Assembly (NCBI GenBank): GCA_001941075.1
Contig: MSHH01000006.1
Span: 20,062-84,061 of the forward strand
Source of the DNA: Oscillospiraceae bacterium Zagget6
GTDB lineage: Bacteria > Bacillota > Clostridia > Oscillospirales > Oscillospiraceae
Length of the DNA: 64,000 nt
Reading direction: 5' to 3'
This document shows, one piece after another, positions 32,225-42,412 of this stretch. The notes beneath the pieces are model-generated. The model did not search any database. It had not been told where the DNA came from and was given only the letters and a program-made list of their open reading frames with translations. The position numbers and the translations under genes were made by a program. Within the stretch, counting starts at the first letter, position 1, and the number at the start of each line of letters is the position of its first letter.

Positions 32225-33121
32225 TTATTGTTCCGCCAGCTCCAGCAGCTTGCGCAGTCGGTGGTTCAGGCAGGACTTGGAGACCGGCGGCTGACACAGG
32301 TCAGCCAGCTGGATCAAGGACAGCTCTGGGTGGGCGCAGCGGAGGGCAGCGGTCTCCTGGAGCTTTTCGGGCAGCTGCTCCAGCGTACCCCGAGCCTCCA
32401 GAACGTGAATGGCTTGGATTTGGGTCTGGGCCGCCTGGACCGACTTTTCCACGTTGGCTACGTCGCAGTTGTACTGGCGGTTGACGCCGTTGACCAGATT
32501 TTTTTGCTGCCGGGCGGTGCGGACCCGCTGGGCGCACTCCGGCGCGCCGACGGTGGTCAGGAAGGTGGAAATGGCCTCGCTCTGCTTGAAATAGGTGATG
32601 TAGTTGGCCTTCCGGGTGGTCTCTCTGGGGTAGAGGTGCAGCTCCGGCATCAGGGCCTGGAACTCCCGGTGGACGTACAGGTGGCTGGTGGCGATTTCCA
32701 GATGGTAGCCCTTTTGAGGGTCGGTGACGCTGCCCCCCGCCAGAAACGCCCCCCGGCAGAAGGCCACGTAGCAGCAATGATCTTCCAATACGCCGTAATT
32801 GATGTGGTGGGTCATCAGCCCCTCCCGGCTGTAGCCGTAGAGGTCTAAAATCTGCTGGATGTGATCCCGGTTGGTGATCTGGAAGGTCAGCTTGCCGCCC
32901 TCCCCCGGCTCCGGCTGCTGGTCGAAGCCAAAGCCGAACGCCGCCTGGAACAGCCGGGGCAGCCGGTCCCCAAAGACCTGGGACTGGGTGGTGATGCGGA
33001 TACCAAAGGGAGAAAAGCTGTTGCAGAACAGCAGCACACCGTAGGCTTCGGCCTGGGTGCAGCAGGGCCGGTCAAAGTCGGCCCGACACAGCTCTGTTTT
33101 TACATCGGAGGAAAACGACAT
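32225..33121 (-). CDS. whiA: DNA-binding protein WhiA
   Basis: MSFSSDVK, RGAFLAGGS, YHLEI, NCDxAN, SKSxxNHRLRK. Confidence 0.93.
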   Translation of the reverse strand: MSFSSDVKTELCRADFDRPCCTQAEAYGVLLFCNSFSPFGIRITTQSQVFGDRLPRLFQAAFGFGFDQQPEPGEGGKLTFQITNRDHIQQILDLYGYSREGLMTHHINYGVLEDHCCYVAFCRGAFLAGGSVTDPQKGYHLEIATSHLYVHREFQALMPELHLYPRETTRKANYITYFKQSEAISTFLTTVGAPECAQRVRTARQQKNLVNGVNRQYNCDVANVEKSVQAAQTQIQAIHVLEARGTLEQLPEKLQETAALRCAHPELSLIQLADLCQPPVSKSCLNHRLRKLLELAEQ

Positions 33122-33170
33122 GGGAAGTACCTTCTCTAACAGTTATGTAAGTTCACGCCGGACGGGGCGC

Positions 33171-34040
33171 TCACTTGCGGTCCCTCGTCATGTCTCGGTG
33201 GTGTTCCCGGACGGTGTAACCCAGCTCCGCCACCTGCCCGGCGATGGCGTGGCACATGGCCACGCTACGGTGCTGTCCGCCGGTGCAGCCCACGCCGATG
33301 ATGAGCACGCTTTTTCCCTCGGCGGCGTAGAGGGGCAGCAGAAATTCCAGATTCTTGCGGTAAAGGGCGAGAAACTGGTCGGTTTCCGGGTATTTATACA
33401 GAAAATCGGTCACTGGCTTATCCAATCCGGTAAGCTTGCGCAGTTCCGGCAGATAGAACGGGTTGGGCAGAAACCGCACGTCCATCAGCAGGTCGGCCTC
33501 CAGCGGGATGCCGTACTTATAGCCAAAGGAGAGGACGCTGACCTCCAGCCCGCCGCTCTTTTGGGCGCCGAACATCTCCAGCAGGGTGTTGCGCAGCTTG
33601 CTGGTGGAGGTGAAGGTGGTGGAGTCGATGATGTAGTCCGCCCGTTCCCGCACCTGAGAGAGCAGCTCCCGCTCCTCCTCGATGGCCTCCGCCAGAGAGA
33701 AATCGTAGGCGGTGCAGAGGGGATGGGTGCGGCGAGTCTCCTTGTAGCGCTTGATGACCGCTTCGGTGGAAGCCTCCAGGAACAGCAGCTTGACCTCGCA
33801 GCCCATAGATTTCATCTCGTCCAGGGCGGAGAAAAAGTCGCTGAAATCTACGCCGCCCCGGATGTCGCTGACCAGGGCGACGTTCTCGTAGCGGCTGCCG
33901 CCGCTGCGACAGACCTCGGCAAAACGGGGCATCAGCACGGCGGGTATATTGTCCACGGTGTAGTAGCCCGCGTCCTCCAAAAACTTGGCGGCCTGGCTTT
34001 TGCCCGCGCCGGACAGACCGGAGATGATGATAAAACGCAT
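33171..34040 (-). CDS. rapZ: RNase adapter RapZ / YvcJ
   Basis: GLSGAGKS, RYKETRR, DVRFLPNP, GCTGGQHRSV. Confidence 0.93.
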   Translation of the reverse strand: MRFIIISGLSGAGKSQAAKFLEDAGYYTVDNIPAVLMPRFAEVCRSGGSRYENVALVSDIRGGVDFSDFFSALDEMKSMGCEVKLLFLEASTEAVIKRYKETRRTHPLCTAYDFSLAEAIEEERELLSQVRERADYIIDSTTFTSTSKLRNTLLEMFGAQKSGGLEVSVLSFGYKYGIPLEADLLMDVRFLPNPFYLPELRKLTGLDKPVTDFLYKYPETDQFLALYRKNLEFLLPLYAAEGKSVLIIGVGCTGGQHRSVAMCHAIAGQVAELGYTVREHHRDMTRDRK

Positions 34041-34151
34041 AGGGACCTCCGTTGGGGTATTAATGAACTTTTCGCTTGGTGACACTCCCCTTTAAATGGT
34101 ACGCTTCTGGGTTAGCAGCACTTAGCTAACGGCTCATAGCTAATAGCTATT

Positions 34152-35066
34152 TCATGGCAGCCGCTTGATCTCCAGCTCCAACGAAATGCCGGTTTTCTCC
34201 AGCACCGTGTCGTGGATCTGGTCGGTCAGGGCCAGCACGTCAGCGCAGGTGGCGCCGCCCACGTTGATGACGAACCCGGCGTGCTTGGTGCTGACCTGCG
34301 CGCCGCCCACGGTCAGCCCTTTCAGGCCGCACTGGTCGATGAGGGCGGCAGCGAAGCCGCCCACGGGCCGCTTGAAGGTGCTACCTCCGCTGGGGTACTC
34401 CAAAGGCTGCTTGTCCCGGCGCTTCTGGTTCAGCTCGTTCATGCGCTGGCGAATGGCCTCGCTGTCACCGGGGTGCAGTTGGAGGGTGGCCCCGGTGATG
34501 ATCTTGGTCCCATCGGTGAAAGCGCTGGTGCGGTAGCCGAAGCCCTGCGCGTCCCCGGTGAGGCAGCCCTGTGCCCCGTCCAGAGTGACGAAGCGGGTCT
34601 CTGTGACCACGTCCTTCAGCTCGCCGCCGTAGGCTCCGGCGTTCATCACCGCGCCGCCGCCCACAGTACCGGGGATGCCGGAGGCGAACTCCAGCCCGGA
34701 CAGCCCCTCCCGCTGGGCGAAGGCCGCCAGTTTGGACAGCAGTACCCCCGCGCCGCAGCGGACGCGGTCGCCCTCCAGCCGCTCCAAATCGTCCAGCCCG
34801 TCCAGCAGCTTGAGAACGAACAGGTCCATGGGCTCGTCCCCGCACAGCAGGTTGGTGCCGTTGCCCAGGGGGACAGGGGTGACTCCGCACTCATTGGCGC
34901 AGCGCAGGGCGGCGAGCAGCTCCTCCTCGCTGGTGGGGAAGGCCATCAGCCGCACCGGGCCACCGATGCGGAAAGAGGTGTGACGGCTCATGGGTTCCCG
35001 CTCCCGCAGGGCCATGCCGGGGCAGAGGTGGGTGAGTTGCTGGTGCAATCTATCAAAACGGTCCAT
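34152..35066 (-). CDS. murB: UDP-N-acetylmuramate dehydrogenase
   Basis: HTSFRIGG, GIPGTVGG, MNAGAYG, GSTFK, KHAGF. Confidence 0.95.
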   Translation of the reverse strand: MDRFDRLHQQLTHLCPGMALREREPMSRHTSFRIGGPVRLMAFPTSEEELLAALRCANECGVTPVPLGNGTNLLCGDEPMDLFVLKLLDGLDDLERLEGDRVRCGAGVLLSKLAAFAQREGLSGLEFASGIPGTVGGGAVMNAGAYGGELKDVVTETRFVTLDGAQGCLTGDAQGFGYRTSAFTDGTKIITGATLQLHPGDSEAIRQRMNELNQKRRDKQPLEYPSGGSTFKRPVGGFAAALIDQCGLKGLTVGGAQVSTKHAGFVINVGGATCADVLALTDQIHDTVLEKTGISLELEIKRLP

Positions 35067-35271
35067 AATCGACCTCCGAAAGTATTCAAAATAAAAGCGG
35101 TGTAAAACAGCGCCAAGCGGCCTGTAAACCCGGCCTGAGAATTCCTGGATAAAACAGACCGAGACCGCATATCAAACTTATTATAGCATGGCAGAGGGAT
35201 AAATTGAATAGTTTTTTTGAATTTTTTTATTTTTTCTCTGGGCTTTTCGTTCTGAGGCTCCGCCTGAACCG

Positions 35272-35301
35272 TTGACAGGCGTGTTATACTATATTTATAA
35301 T
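35272..35301 (+). promoter_or_regulatory. Sigma-A promoter of PBP1A
   Basis: TTGACA - 18 bp - TATAAT. Confidence 0.65.
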
Positions 35302-35405
35302 GTGGTTGCGCCGGAACGTGCAGCCGCAGTCCCAGAGGAGCTTTTTGAAGCAGCGCCGTGGCGCTTTCCAACCGACGACCCGCATTTCAGGAAGGGGAAT
35401 CTCCA

Positions 35406-37925
35406 TTGAAGCAACATTCTTCACAGCCTTCAAAGCCAAAACGCAGCCCGGTCAAGACCTTTTTCAAATGGTTTGGCCTGGTGTGCGGGACCCTGGTCCT
35501 CATCGGCGCGACCACCATAGCCATCCTGTGCTGCTATGGCGCGTCCTATATCCAGGACACCATCCTGCCGGAGGTGGCCAACTCCAACGTGACGCTGCTG
35601 GCCAGCAGCACCGACCTCTCCAGCGTCATCTATTACTACGACGAGGATTCCGACAGCTACGAGACGTTGGAAACCCTCTATGCCTCCGAAAACCGGGAGT
35701 GGATCTCCTACGAGGACATCCCGGAGGACCTGCTCAACGCCACCGTCGCCATTGAGGACAAGCGGTTTTACCAGCACAACGGCGTGGACTGGAAGCGGAC
35801 GGCGGCGGCAGTGGTCTATATGTTCACCGGCCAGAGCATTCAGGGAGGCAGCACCATCACCCAGCAGCTCATCAAGAACCTGACCCAGCAGGATGAGGTC
35901 ACGGTGCGCCGGAAGGTCGTGGAGATCTTCGAGGCGCTGGAGTACGAAAAGACCCACACCAAGCAGGAGATTTTGGAGTGGTATCTCAACGAAATTTACC
36001 TGGGCCGGGGCTGCTACGGTGTCAAGACCGCCGCCCAGAAGTATTTCGGCAAGGACGTGGAGGACCTGGACCTGGCTGAGTGCGCCGCGCTGATCTCCAT
36101 CACCAACAACCCCTCCCTGTACGACCCCTACAACCACCCGGAGAACAACCTGTCGCGCCGCACCCTGGTGTTGGAGCAGATGTGTGAGCAGGGGTATATC
36201 ACCGAAGAGGAGCGGGACGCCGCCATTGCCGAGGAACTGGTGTTCACCACCGGCTCTGCCGACAGTGACGACAGCAGCTCCAGCGGCGACTACTACAGCT
36301 GGTACACCGACGCGGTCATCAAGCAGGTCATCAGCGACCTGGTGGACACCTATGGCTATGACGAATCTGTCGCCAATCAGATGGTGTTCTCCGGCGGATT
36401 GAAGATTTATTCCTGCCTGGACCCGGACATTCAGGCGGATGTGGATGAAATTTACACCAACACCGAAAATGTCTCCGGCATGGAATCCTACAGCGGCGAC
36501 CAGCTCCAGTCCGCCATCACGGTGGTGGACAACGAGACCGGCGCGGTGGTGGCCCTGGCCGGTGGCGTCGGGGAGAAGGTGGGCAACCGCATCTGGAACC
36601 GCGCCACCGACACGGTGCGGCAGCCCGGTTCCTCCATCAAGCCCCTCTCCGCCTACTCCCAGGCGCTGGAAAACGGCGACATCCTGCCCAATACCATCGT
36701 GGAGGACTCCGCCTTCAAAGACGGCTGGCCCAAGAACTCCCACGGAGGCTATATCGGCAACGTAGATGTCATGTACGCCGTGGCCCAATCGCTGAACACC
36801 GTGGCGGTGAAGGTGCTGGACATGGTGGGTACCCGGAACTCTTACAACTTCCTGACGGAGAAGTTCCAGCTCAGCAGCCTGGTGGACAACTACGTGGGTA
36901 CCTCCGGCAAGGTCTACAGCGACGTGGACTATTCCCCTCTGGCCCTGGGCGGCCTGACCAACGGCGTCTCTACCTATGAGATGGCGGCGGCCTACTCCAC
37001 CTTCTCCCGGGGCGGCGAGTATATCACTCCCTATCTGTACACCGCCGTGGTCAACAGCGAGGGAGAGGTGTTGCTGCAAACCGAGGGCTACAGCGTGGAC
37101 GTGGACAGTACTGGCAGCGTGACCGTCACCGGTCAGGGTACTGGCGACGTGATCCTCAGCACCTCCACCTGCTTCTATATGACCGAGATGCTGGAGGCCG
37201 TTGTCACCGAGGGCACCGGCACCAACGCCGCCATCGACGGCATGAGCGTGGCGGGCAAGACCGGCACCACCGACGACGACTATGACCGCTGGTTCGTGGG
37301 GTATACCCCCTATTACACTGCGGCGGTCTGGACCGGCTACGACACCGCCAGCAAAATCAGCTCCAGCACCAACCCTGCCGTCATCCTCTGGCAGCAGGTG
37401 ATGAGCCTGGTCAGCAGCGGGCAGGCGGACGTCGGGTTCAATGAGGACATGGTGTCCACGGCGGTGACCTACTGCACCAAATGCGGCGGCACAGCCACCA
37501 GCAAAAGCTCCAGCACCCGGACGGCGCTGTTCCTGTCGGGAGATGAACCGGGATACAGCTGCACCTGCGGAAAGTCCTCCAGCTCCAAGAAGGACACCTC
37601 CTCCGACACGGACGACGAGGAAACCGAGGCGGAGACCACCACCACCCAAACCGAGACAAAGACCGAGACGGAGACGTCCACGGAGACCACCACCCCCCAG
37701 ACTGAAAACAGCGGCAGCTCCGACAACAACCAGAGCAGCCAGACCGAGGATAACCAAACCACAGACGACACGACCCAGGACGACCAGAACGACGATACAG
37801 AGGCGGAGAAGCCGGAGGAAACCAAGCCGGACGACGACACGACCCAGGACGACCAGAACGACGATACAGAGGCGGAGAAGCCGGAGGAAACCAAGCCGGA
37901 CGACGACGAAGACGAAGAAGAATAG
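35406..37925 (+). CDS. Class A penicillin-binding protein (transglycosylase/transpeptidase); start uncertain (TTG 35406 or GTG 35358)
   Basis: EDKRF, GGSTITQQ, SSIK, SLN, KTGT motifs; acidic low-complexity tail. Confidence 0.92.
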   Translation: MKQHSSQPSKPKRSPVKTFFKWFGLVCGTLVLIGATTIAILCCYGASYIQDTILPEVANSNVTLLASSTDLSSVIYYYDEDSDSYETLETLYASENREWISYEDIPEDLLNATVAIEDKRFYQHNGVDWKRTAAAVVYMFTGQSIQGGSTITQQLIKNLTQQDEVTVRRKVVEIFEALEYEKTHTKQEILEWYLNEIYLGRGCYGVKTAAQKYFGKDVEDLDLAECAALISITNNPSLYDPYNHPENNLSRRTLVLEQMCEQGYITEEERDAAIAEELVFTTGSADSDDSSSSGDYYSWYTDAVIKQVISDLVDTYGYDESVANQMVFSGGLKIYSCLDPDIQADVDEIYTNTENVSGMESYSGDQLQSAITVVDNETGAVVALAGGVGEKVGNRIWNRATDTVRQPGSSIKPLSAYSQALENGDILPNTIVEDSAFKDGWPKNSHGGYIGNVDVMYAVAQSLNTVAVKVLDMVGTRNSYNFLTEKFQLSSLVDNYVGTSGKVYSDVDYSPLALGGLTNGVSTYEMAAAYSTFSRGGEYITPYLYTAVVNSEGEVLLQTEGYSVDVDSTGSVTVTGQGTGDVILSTSTCFYMTEMLEAVVTEGTGTNAAIDGMSVAGKTGTTDDDYDRWFVGYTPYYTAAVWTGYDTASKISSSTNPAVILWQQVMSLVSSGQADVGFNEDMVSTAVTYCTKCGGTATSKSSSTRTALFLSGDEPGYSCTCGKSSSSKKDTSSDTDDEETEAETTTTQTETKTETETSTETTTPQTENSGSSDNNQSSQTEDNQTTDDTTQDDQNDDTEAEKPEETKPDDDTTQDDQNDDTEAEKPEETKPDDDEDEEE
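37764..37907 (+). repeat. Perfect 69-bp tandem duplication in the PBP tail
   Basis: DDTTQDDQNDDTEAEKPEETKPD twice (37764, 37833). Confidence 0.92.
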
Positions 37926-37949
37926 TTTTACCACTGCCCCCGGGACCGT

Positions 37950-38972
37950 TCAGCGGCTCCGGGGGTCATTTCGCTCCTGGAACAGTCTTGTCCCGGCGGC
38001 CAGCGTGACCGGCGCGGCAATGAGGCCCCAGAACCCGAAGAGCAGCAGCCCCAGATACATGGCAAGCACCGTGAAAAAGGGGATCGTCCCCGCCTGAGAG
38101 CTGACGAATCGCGGCTCCAGCACGGTGCGCAGCAGCCAGAGGGCCAGCCACAGCCCCACCATGCCCAGCGCCCGGAGCGCTGTTCCCTCCAGCCACAGCA
38201 GGCCCGCCCAGGGCAGCAAAACCACCCCGCAGCCCAGCAGGGGCAGCGCGTCGGCGGCGCACACCAGCGCCGCTATGGGAATCGCGCCGGGCATCCCCAG
38301 CGCCAGCAGTCCCACCGCCAACACGGGAAACTGCACCAGCAGCAGCTTTCCCTGGGCTTTCAGCCAGCCCATCGCCCCCGCTTTCAGGGAGCGCAGCCCG
38401 GCGAGCGCCGGACGGGTCCAGTCCTCCGGCAACAGACCTGGCAGGAGGGAGCGCAGCCGGGGCCAGTCCAGGGCGGCGTAAAAGGACGAGAGCAGGCAGA
38501 TGAGCAAAAAGAACAGCTTTTCCGGCAGGGCGGAGAGCAGGCTTGCGCTGAGCCGGGCGGCCCAGGCAGTCATCCGTGCCGCCAAATCGGAGCTGCTCTG
38601 GCGGAGAAGCTCCACCAGCCCCACCGCCAGGTTGCCCACCGAACCGGGAAGTTTCCCGGCGAGGGTTTCCAGCCGGGCCAGCAGGGAGGGGATGTCCGGG
38701 AACAGACCGGTCAGGCCGTCCACGACGCAGCAGAACCTGACAGCGGCCCAACCCAGCGCCCCGGCCAGCAGCGCCAGTGCGCCGCCCAGCACAATGCCCA
38801 CCCCCAGCCACCGGGGGAACCCCTTGCCCTCCAGCCAATGGACGGGCCTCGCGGCAGTGTATGCAGCAAAAAGTGCAAGCAGTGCGGCCCAGGCGCACCG
38901 GCGCACGGCGGGAAAACACACGGCCAGCGCCAAAAACAGGCAAAGACAGCCTTTTTTCTTACCCTGAGACAT
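37950..38972 (-). CDS. AI-2E family / YtvI-like membrane protein
   Basis: Multi-TM; DALPLLG, LEPRFV, GLxxFGFWGLIAAP patterns. Confidence 0.75.
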   Translation of the reverse strand: MSQGKKKGCLCLFLALAVCFPAVRRCAWAALLALFAAYTAARPVHWLEGKGFPRWLGVGIVLGGALALLAGALGWAAVRFCCVVDGLTGLFPDIPSLLARLETLAGKLPGSVGNLAVGLVELLRQSSSDLAARMTAWAARLSASLLSALPEKLFFLLICLLSSFYAALDWPRLRSLLPGLLPEDWTRPALAGLRSLKAGAMGWLKAQGKLLLVQFPVLAVGLLALGMPGAIPIAALVCAADALPLLGCGVVLLPWAGLLWLEGTALRALGMVGLWLALWLLRTVLEPRFVSSQAGTIPFFTVLAMYLGLLLFGFWGLIAAPVTLAAGTRLFQERNDPRSR

Positions 38973-39126
38973 GAATGGCTCCTATCTGTCAAACTGCTTT
39001 CTACAGTTTTCGTATTTTTTGGATGAATCAACGGTTGCAAAGTGGGGGAGGGGGTGTTATAATCACCTCTGTATCACGAACACAAATGACCACGCGGCGT
39101 GGACAAATGTAGGAGGAGAACATACC

Positions 39127-39567
39127 ATGTCGAAGGTGACCAAATACTTTATCGTGGAGGCCAGCGCCCTGCCGGAGATCTTCCTCAAGGTGGCCCAGGC
39201 AAAAGAGGCGCTGGAGCTGGGAGAGGCGGCGACGGTGAACGAGGCCACCCGCATGGTGGGCATCAGCCGCAGCGCCTTCTACAAGTACAAGGACGCGGTG
39301 CGCCCGTTTAACGACATGATGAACGGCCACATCGTCACCTTCCAGGCCATGCTCCGGGATGAGCCGGGGGCGCTCTCCGCCATCCTGAATATCTTTGCCG
39401 TCAGCGGCGGGAATATTCTCACCATCAACCAGACCATCCCCACCGGCAGCGTGGCCGCCGTCAACCTGAGCGCCGAGACCAGCGGGCTGAACGTCTCGCT
39501 GGATGAGCTGGTCCACCGGGTCAGCGCCATGGACGGCGTGGTGAAGTTTGAGGTGCTGGCCGGGTAA
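39127..39567 (+). CDS. ACT-domain regulator, PheB/ThrR-like
   Basis: GISRSAFYKYKD HTH plus NILTINQ ACT domain; upstream of hom. Confidence 0.88.
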   Translation: MSKVTKYFIVEASALPEIFLKVAQAKEALELGEAATVNEATRMVGISRSAFYKYKDAVRPFNDMMNGHIVTFQAMLRDEPGALSAILNIFAVSGGNILTINQTIPTGSVAAVNLSAETSGLNVSLDELVHRVSAMDGVVKFEVLAG

Positions 39568-39627
39568 ATGCGGTTTTGTCCGGCATAGTACAGGTTTCCC
39601 GCAGAGAACAAGCGTCCCGAAACTGAT

Positions 39628-39686
39628 TACCCCCCTTGCCGCCCCTGAAAGGGGAGGGGGACCATGCGAAGCATGGTGGAGGGGTT
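39628..39686. repeat. REP-like palindromic element
   Basis: cttgccgcccctgaaaggggagg...ggagggg; shared with 43742-43804 and 44401-44505. Confidence 0.75.
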
Positions 39687-39765
39687 TCTGGCAGGATAAT
39701 AAGTTAATTACTGTCCGACCACATCGGACGGTAAGAATAGTAATGAATCTTAGAGAGGTGTCCTT

Positions 39766-40962
39766 ATGGTAAACATTGCGATTTTGGGATACGGCGTCGT
39801 GGGCAGCGGCGTCGGCGAGATCATCTATAAAAACGGCCAGCACATTTCCGAGCGGGTGGCCAACGAGGTGAACCTGAAATACATTCTGGATCTGCGGGAT
39901 TTCCCCGACAGCCCCTATGCAGACCGGGTCATCCGGGATTTCTCCGTCATTGAGAACGACCCGGAGGTCCAGATCGTGGTGGAGACCATGGGCGGCGTAG
40001 ATTTCCCTTATGACTGCACCAAGCGCGCCCTGACCGCAGGCAAGAGCGTCGTCACCTCCAACAAGGAGCTGGTGGCCACCCACGGCTGCGAGCTGCTGAA
40101 AATCGCCAGGGAACACGGCTGTTCCTACCTCTTCGAGGCGTCTGTAGGCGGCGGCATCCCCATCCTGCGGCCCATGACCAGCTGCCTGGCGGCCAACGAG
40201 CTGCAAGAGGTGGTGGGCATCCTCAACGGCACCACCAACTACATCCTGACCCGGATGATCCGGGCGGGACTGTCCTTCGAGGAGGCGCTGAAAGAGGCCC
40301 AGGCCAACGGTTACGCCGAGCGCAACCCCGCCGCCGACATCGAGGGTACCGACGCCTGCCGGAAGATCTGCATCCTGTCCTCTCTGGGCTTCGGGCGGCA
40401 CATCTACCCCGACCAGGTCCCCACCGAGGGCATCACCAACATCACCCTGTCTGACGTGGCCTACGCCCGCTCCGGCGGCTATAAAATCAAGCTGCTGGGC
40501 CGCTCCATCCGCCGGGAATCCGACGGCAAGGTCTGCGCTTATGTGGCCCCCCATCTGGTGGCCGACGATTCGCCGCTGGCGAACGTGGAGGACGTGTTCA
40601 ACGCCATCCAGGTCACCGGCGACTCCATCGGCGACGTGATGTTCTACGGGCGCGGCGCGGGCAAGCTGCCCGCTGCCTCCGCTGTGGTGGCCGACGTCAT
40701 GGACATCGTCCGCAACAAGGGCAAGAAGGTCATCTCCTGGGAGGAGGGCGGCCCCGACACCGTCTATTCCATCGACGAGGTGCCCAACCGCTGGTATGTC
40801 CGCGCCGCAGGGGATTTCGCCGTGGAAGGCACCAAGCGCCTGCGCAACGGCGACGCCGCCGACGGCGAGTGCGCTTTCATCACCAACGAGGCGCTGACGC
40901 TGCCCCAGGTGAAGGACATGACTTCCGGCATGGAGGTCAAGGCCCTGTACCGGGTGCTGTGA
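39766..40962 (+). CDS. hom: Homoserine dehydrogenase
   Basis: GYGVVG, EASVGGGIP, GILNGTTNYIL, GRGAG. Confidence 0.94.
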   Translation: MVNIAILGYGVVGSGVGEIIYKNGQHISERVANEVNLKYILDLRDFPDSPYADRVIRDFSVIENDPEVQIVVETMGGVDFPYDCTKRALTAGKSVVTSNKELVATHGCELLKIAREHGCSYLFEASVGGGIPILRPMTSCLAANELQEVVGILNGTTNYILTRMIRAGLSFEEALKEAQANGYAERNPAADIEGTDACRKICILSSLGFGRHIYPDQVPTEGITNITLSDVAYARSGGYKIKLLGRSIRRESDGKVCAYVAPHLVADDSPLANVEDVFNAIQVTGDSIGDVMFYGRGAGKLPAASAVVADVMDIVRNKGKKVISWEEGGPDTVYSIDEVPNRWYVRAAGDFAVEGTKRLRNGDAADGECAFITNEALTLPQVKDMTSGMEVKALYRVL

Positions 40963-41112
40963 GCCACCGCCCTCAATGGGGCATAATTTAAGGGAGGAAG
41001 GTCAAGGGAGGCCGCAGGGGGATCGTCTGCGTCCAAACGAGGACCTGGGGCGGTCCTGTTGCTTCCCTGTTCCTTTATAGCAAGTTGAGAATTTAGGGGG
41101 TCATTTGTAAAA

Positions 41113-42339
41113 ATGGCATTGATCGTGCAAAAATTTGGCGGCACCTCGGTGGGCGGCCCGGAACGGGTGCGCCACGTCGCTCAAATCATCACCGACACCT
41201 ACCGCCAGGGCAACGACGTGGTCGTGGTCCTCTCCGCCCAGGGCAAAACCACCGACCATTTGCTGGCCCTGGCGAAGGAGTACAATCCCAAGGCCAGCAA
41301 GCGGGAGCTGGATCAGCTGCTCTCCACTGGCGAGCAGCAGTCCGTGGCCCTGGCCGCCATGTGCATCCAGGGAATGGGTTTCCCCGTGGTTTCCCTGAAT
41401 GCCTGGCAGGTGGGATTCAAGACCAACACCACCTATGGCGACGCCCGCATCTCCAAAATCGAGACCGAGCGCATCCGCATGGAGTTGGACCAGCATAAAA
41501 TCGTCATCTTCACCGGGTTCCAGGGCATCAACCGCCGGGACGACATCACCACCTTGGGTCGTGGCGGCAGCGACGCCTCTGCCGTGGCCCTGGCCGCCGC
41601 GCTGCGGGCAGACCTGTGCCAGATCTACACCGACGTGGACGGCGTTTACACCGCCGACCCCAACAAGGTGGAGGGCGCCCGCAAGCTGGACGAAATCACC
41701 TACGATGAAATGCTGGAGCTGGCAACCCTGGGCGCAAAGGTGCTGCACAACCGCAGCGTGGAAATGGCGAAGCGCTATAACGTCAGGCTGGAAGTGCTGT
41801 CCAGCTTTACCGGCAACCCCGGAACTAAAGTCAAAGAGGTCGTGAAAAAGATGGAAAACTCTCATGTCAGCGGAGTCGCTAAGGACAAAGACATTGCTCG
41901 CCTGGCCCTGGTGGGCTTGAAGAACGAGCCGGGCGTGGCTTTCCGCGTCTTCTCCCTGCTGTCCAACCGGAAGATCAACGTGGACATCATCCTCCAGTCC
42001 ATTGGCCGGGACGACCAGAAGGACATCTCTTTCACGGTCAGCCGGGGTGACCTGGAGCAGGCAAAAATGCTGCTGGAGGAGCGCAAGGACACTCTGAACT
42101 ATGAAAGCCTGGAGGTCAACGACCACGTGGCGAAAATCTCCATCGTGGGCGCGGGTATGATCGGCAGCCCCGGCGTGGCCGCTAAGATGTTCGAGGCCCT
42201 GTACGACGCGGGCATCAACATCAACATGATCTCTACCTCCGAGATCAAGGTCTCCGTCCTGGTGGACGAGATGGACGCGGACCGGGCGGTGCAGACCATC
42301 CACGACAAGTTCTTCCGGGACTTCAACCGGAGACGGTAA
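41113..42339 (+). CDS. lysC: Aspartate kinase
   Basis: KFGGTS, TLGRGGSD, TDVDGVYTADP, two ACT domains. Confidence 0.93.
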   Translation: MALIVQKFGGTSVGGPERVRHVAQIITDTYRQGNDVVVVLSAQGKTTDHLLALAKEYNPKASKRELDQLLSTGEQQSVALAAMCIQGMGFPVVSLNAWQVGFKTNTTYGDARISKIETERIRMELDQHKIVIFTGFQGINRRDDITTLGRGGSDASAVALAAALRADLCQIYTDVDGVYTADPNKVEGARKLDEITYDEMLELATLGAKVLHNRSVEMAKRYNVRLEVLSSFTGNPGTKVKEVVKKMENSHVSGVAKDKDIARLALVGLKNEPGVAFRVFSLLSNRKINVDIILQSIGRDDQKDISFTVSRGDLEQAKMLLEERKDTLNYESLEVNDHVAKISIVGAGMIGSPGVAAKMFEALYDAGININMISTSEIKVSVLVDEMDADRAVQTIHDKFFRDFNRRR

Positions 42340-42356
42340 CATAACATACAGGAAAT

Positions 42357-42387
42357 ACAGGGGAGCGGAAACCCGCTCCCCTGTTGT
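42357..42387 (+). terminator. Intrinsic terminator after aspartate kinase
   Basis: acaggggagcgg-aaac-ccgctcccctgt hairpin. Confidence 0.7.
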
Positions 42388-42412
42388 CGCATTGCAAAGA
42401 AAGGATACCAAC

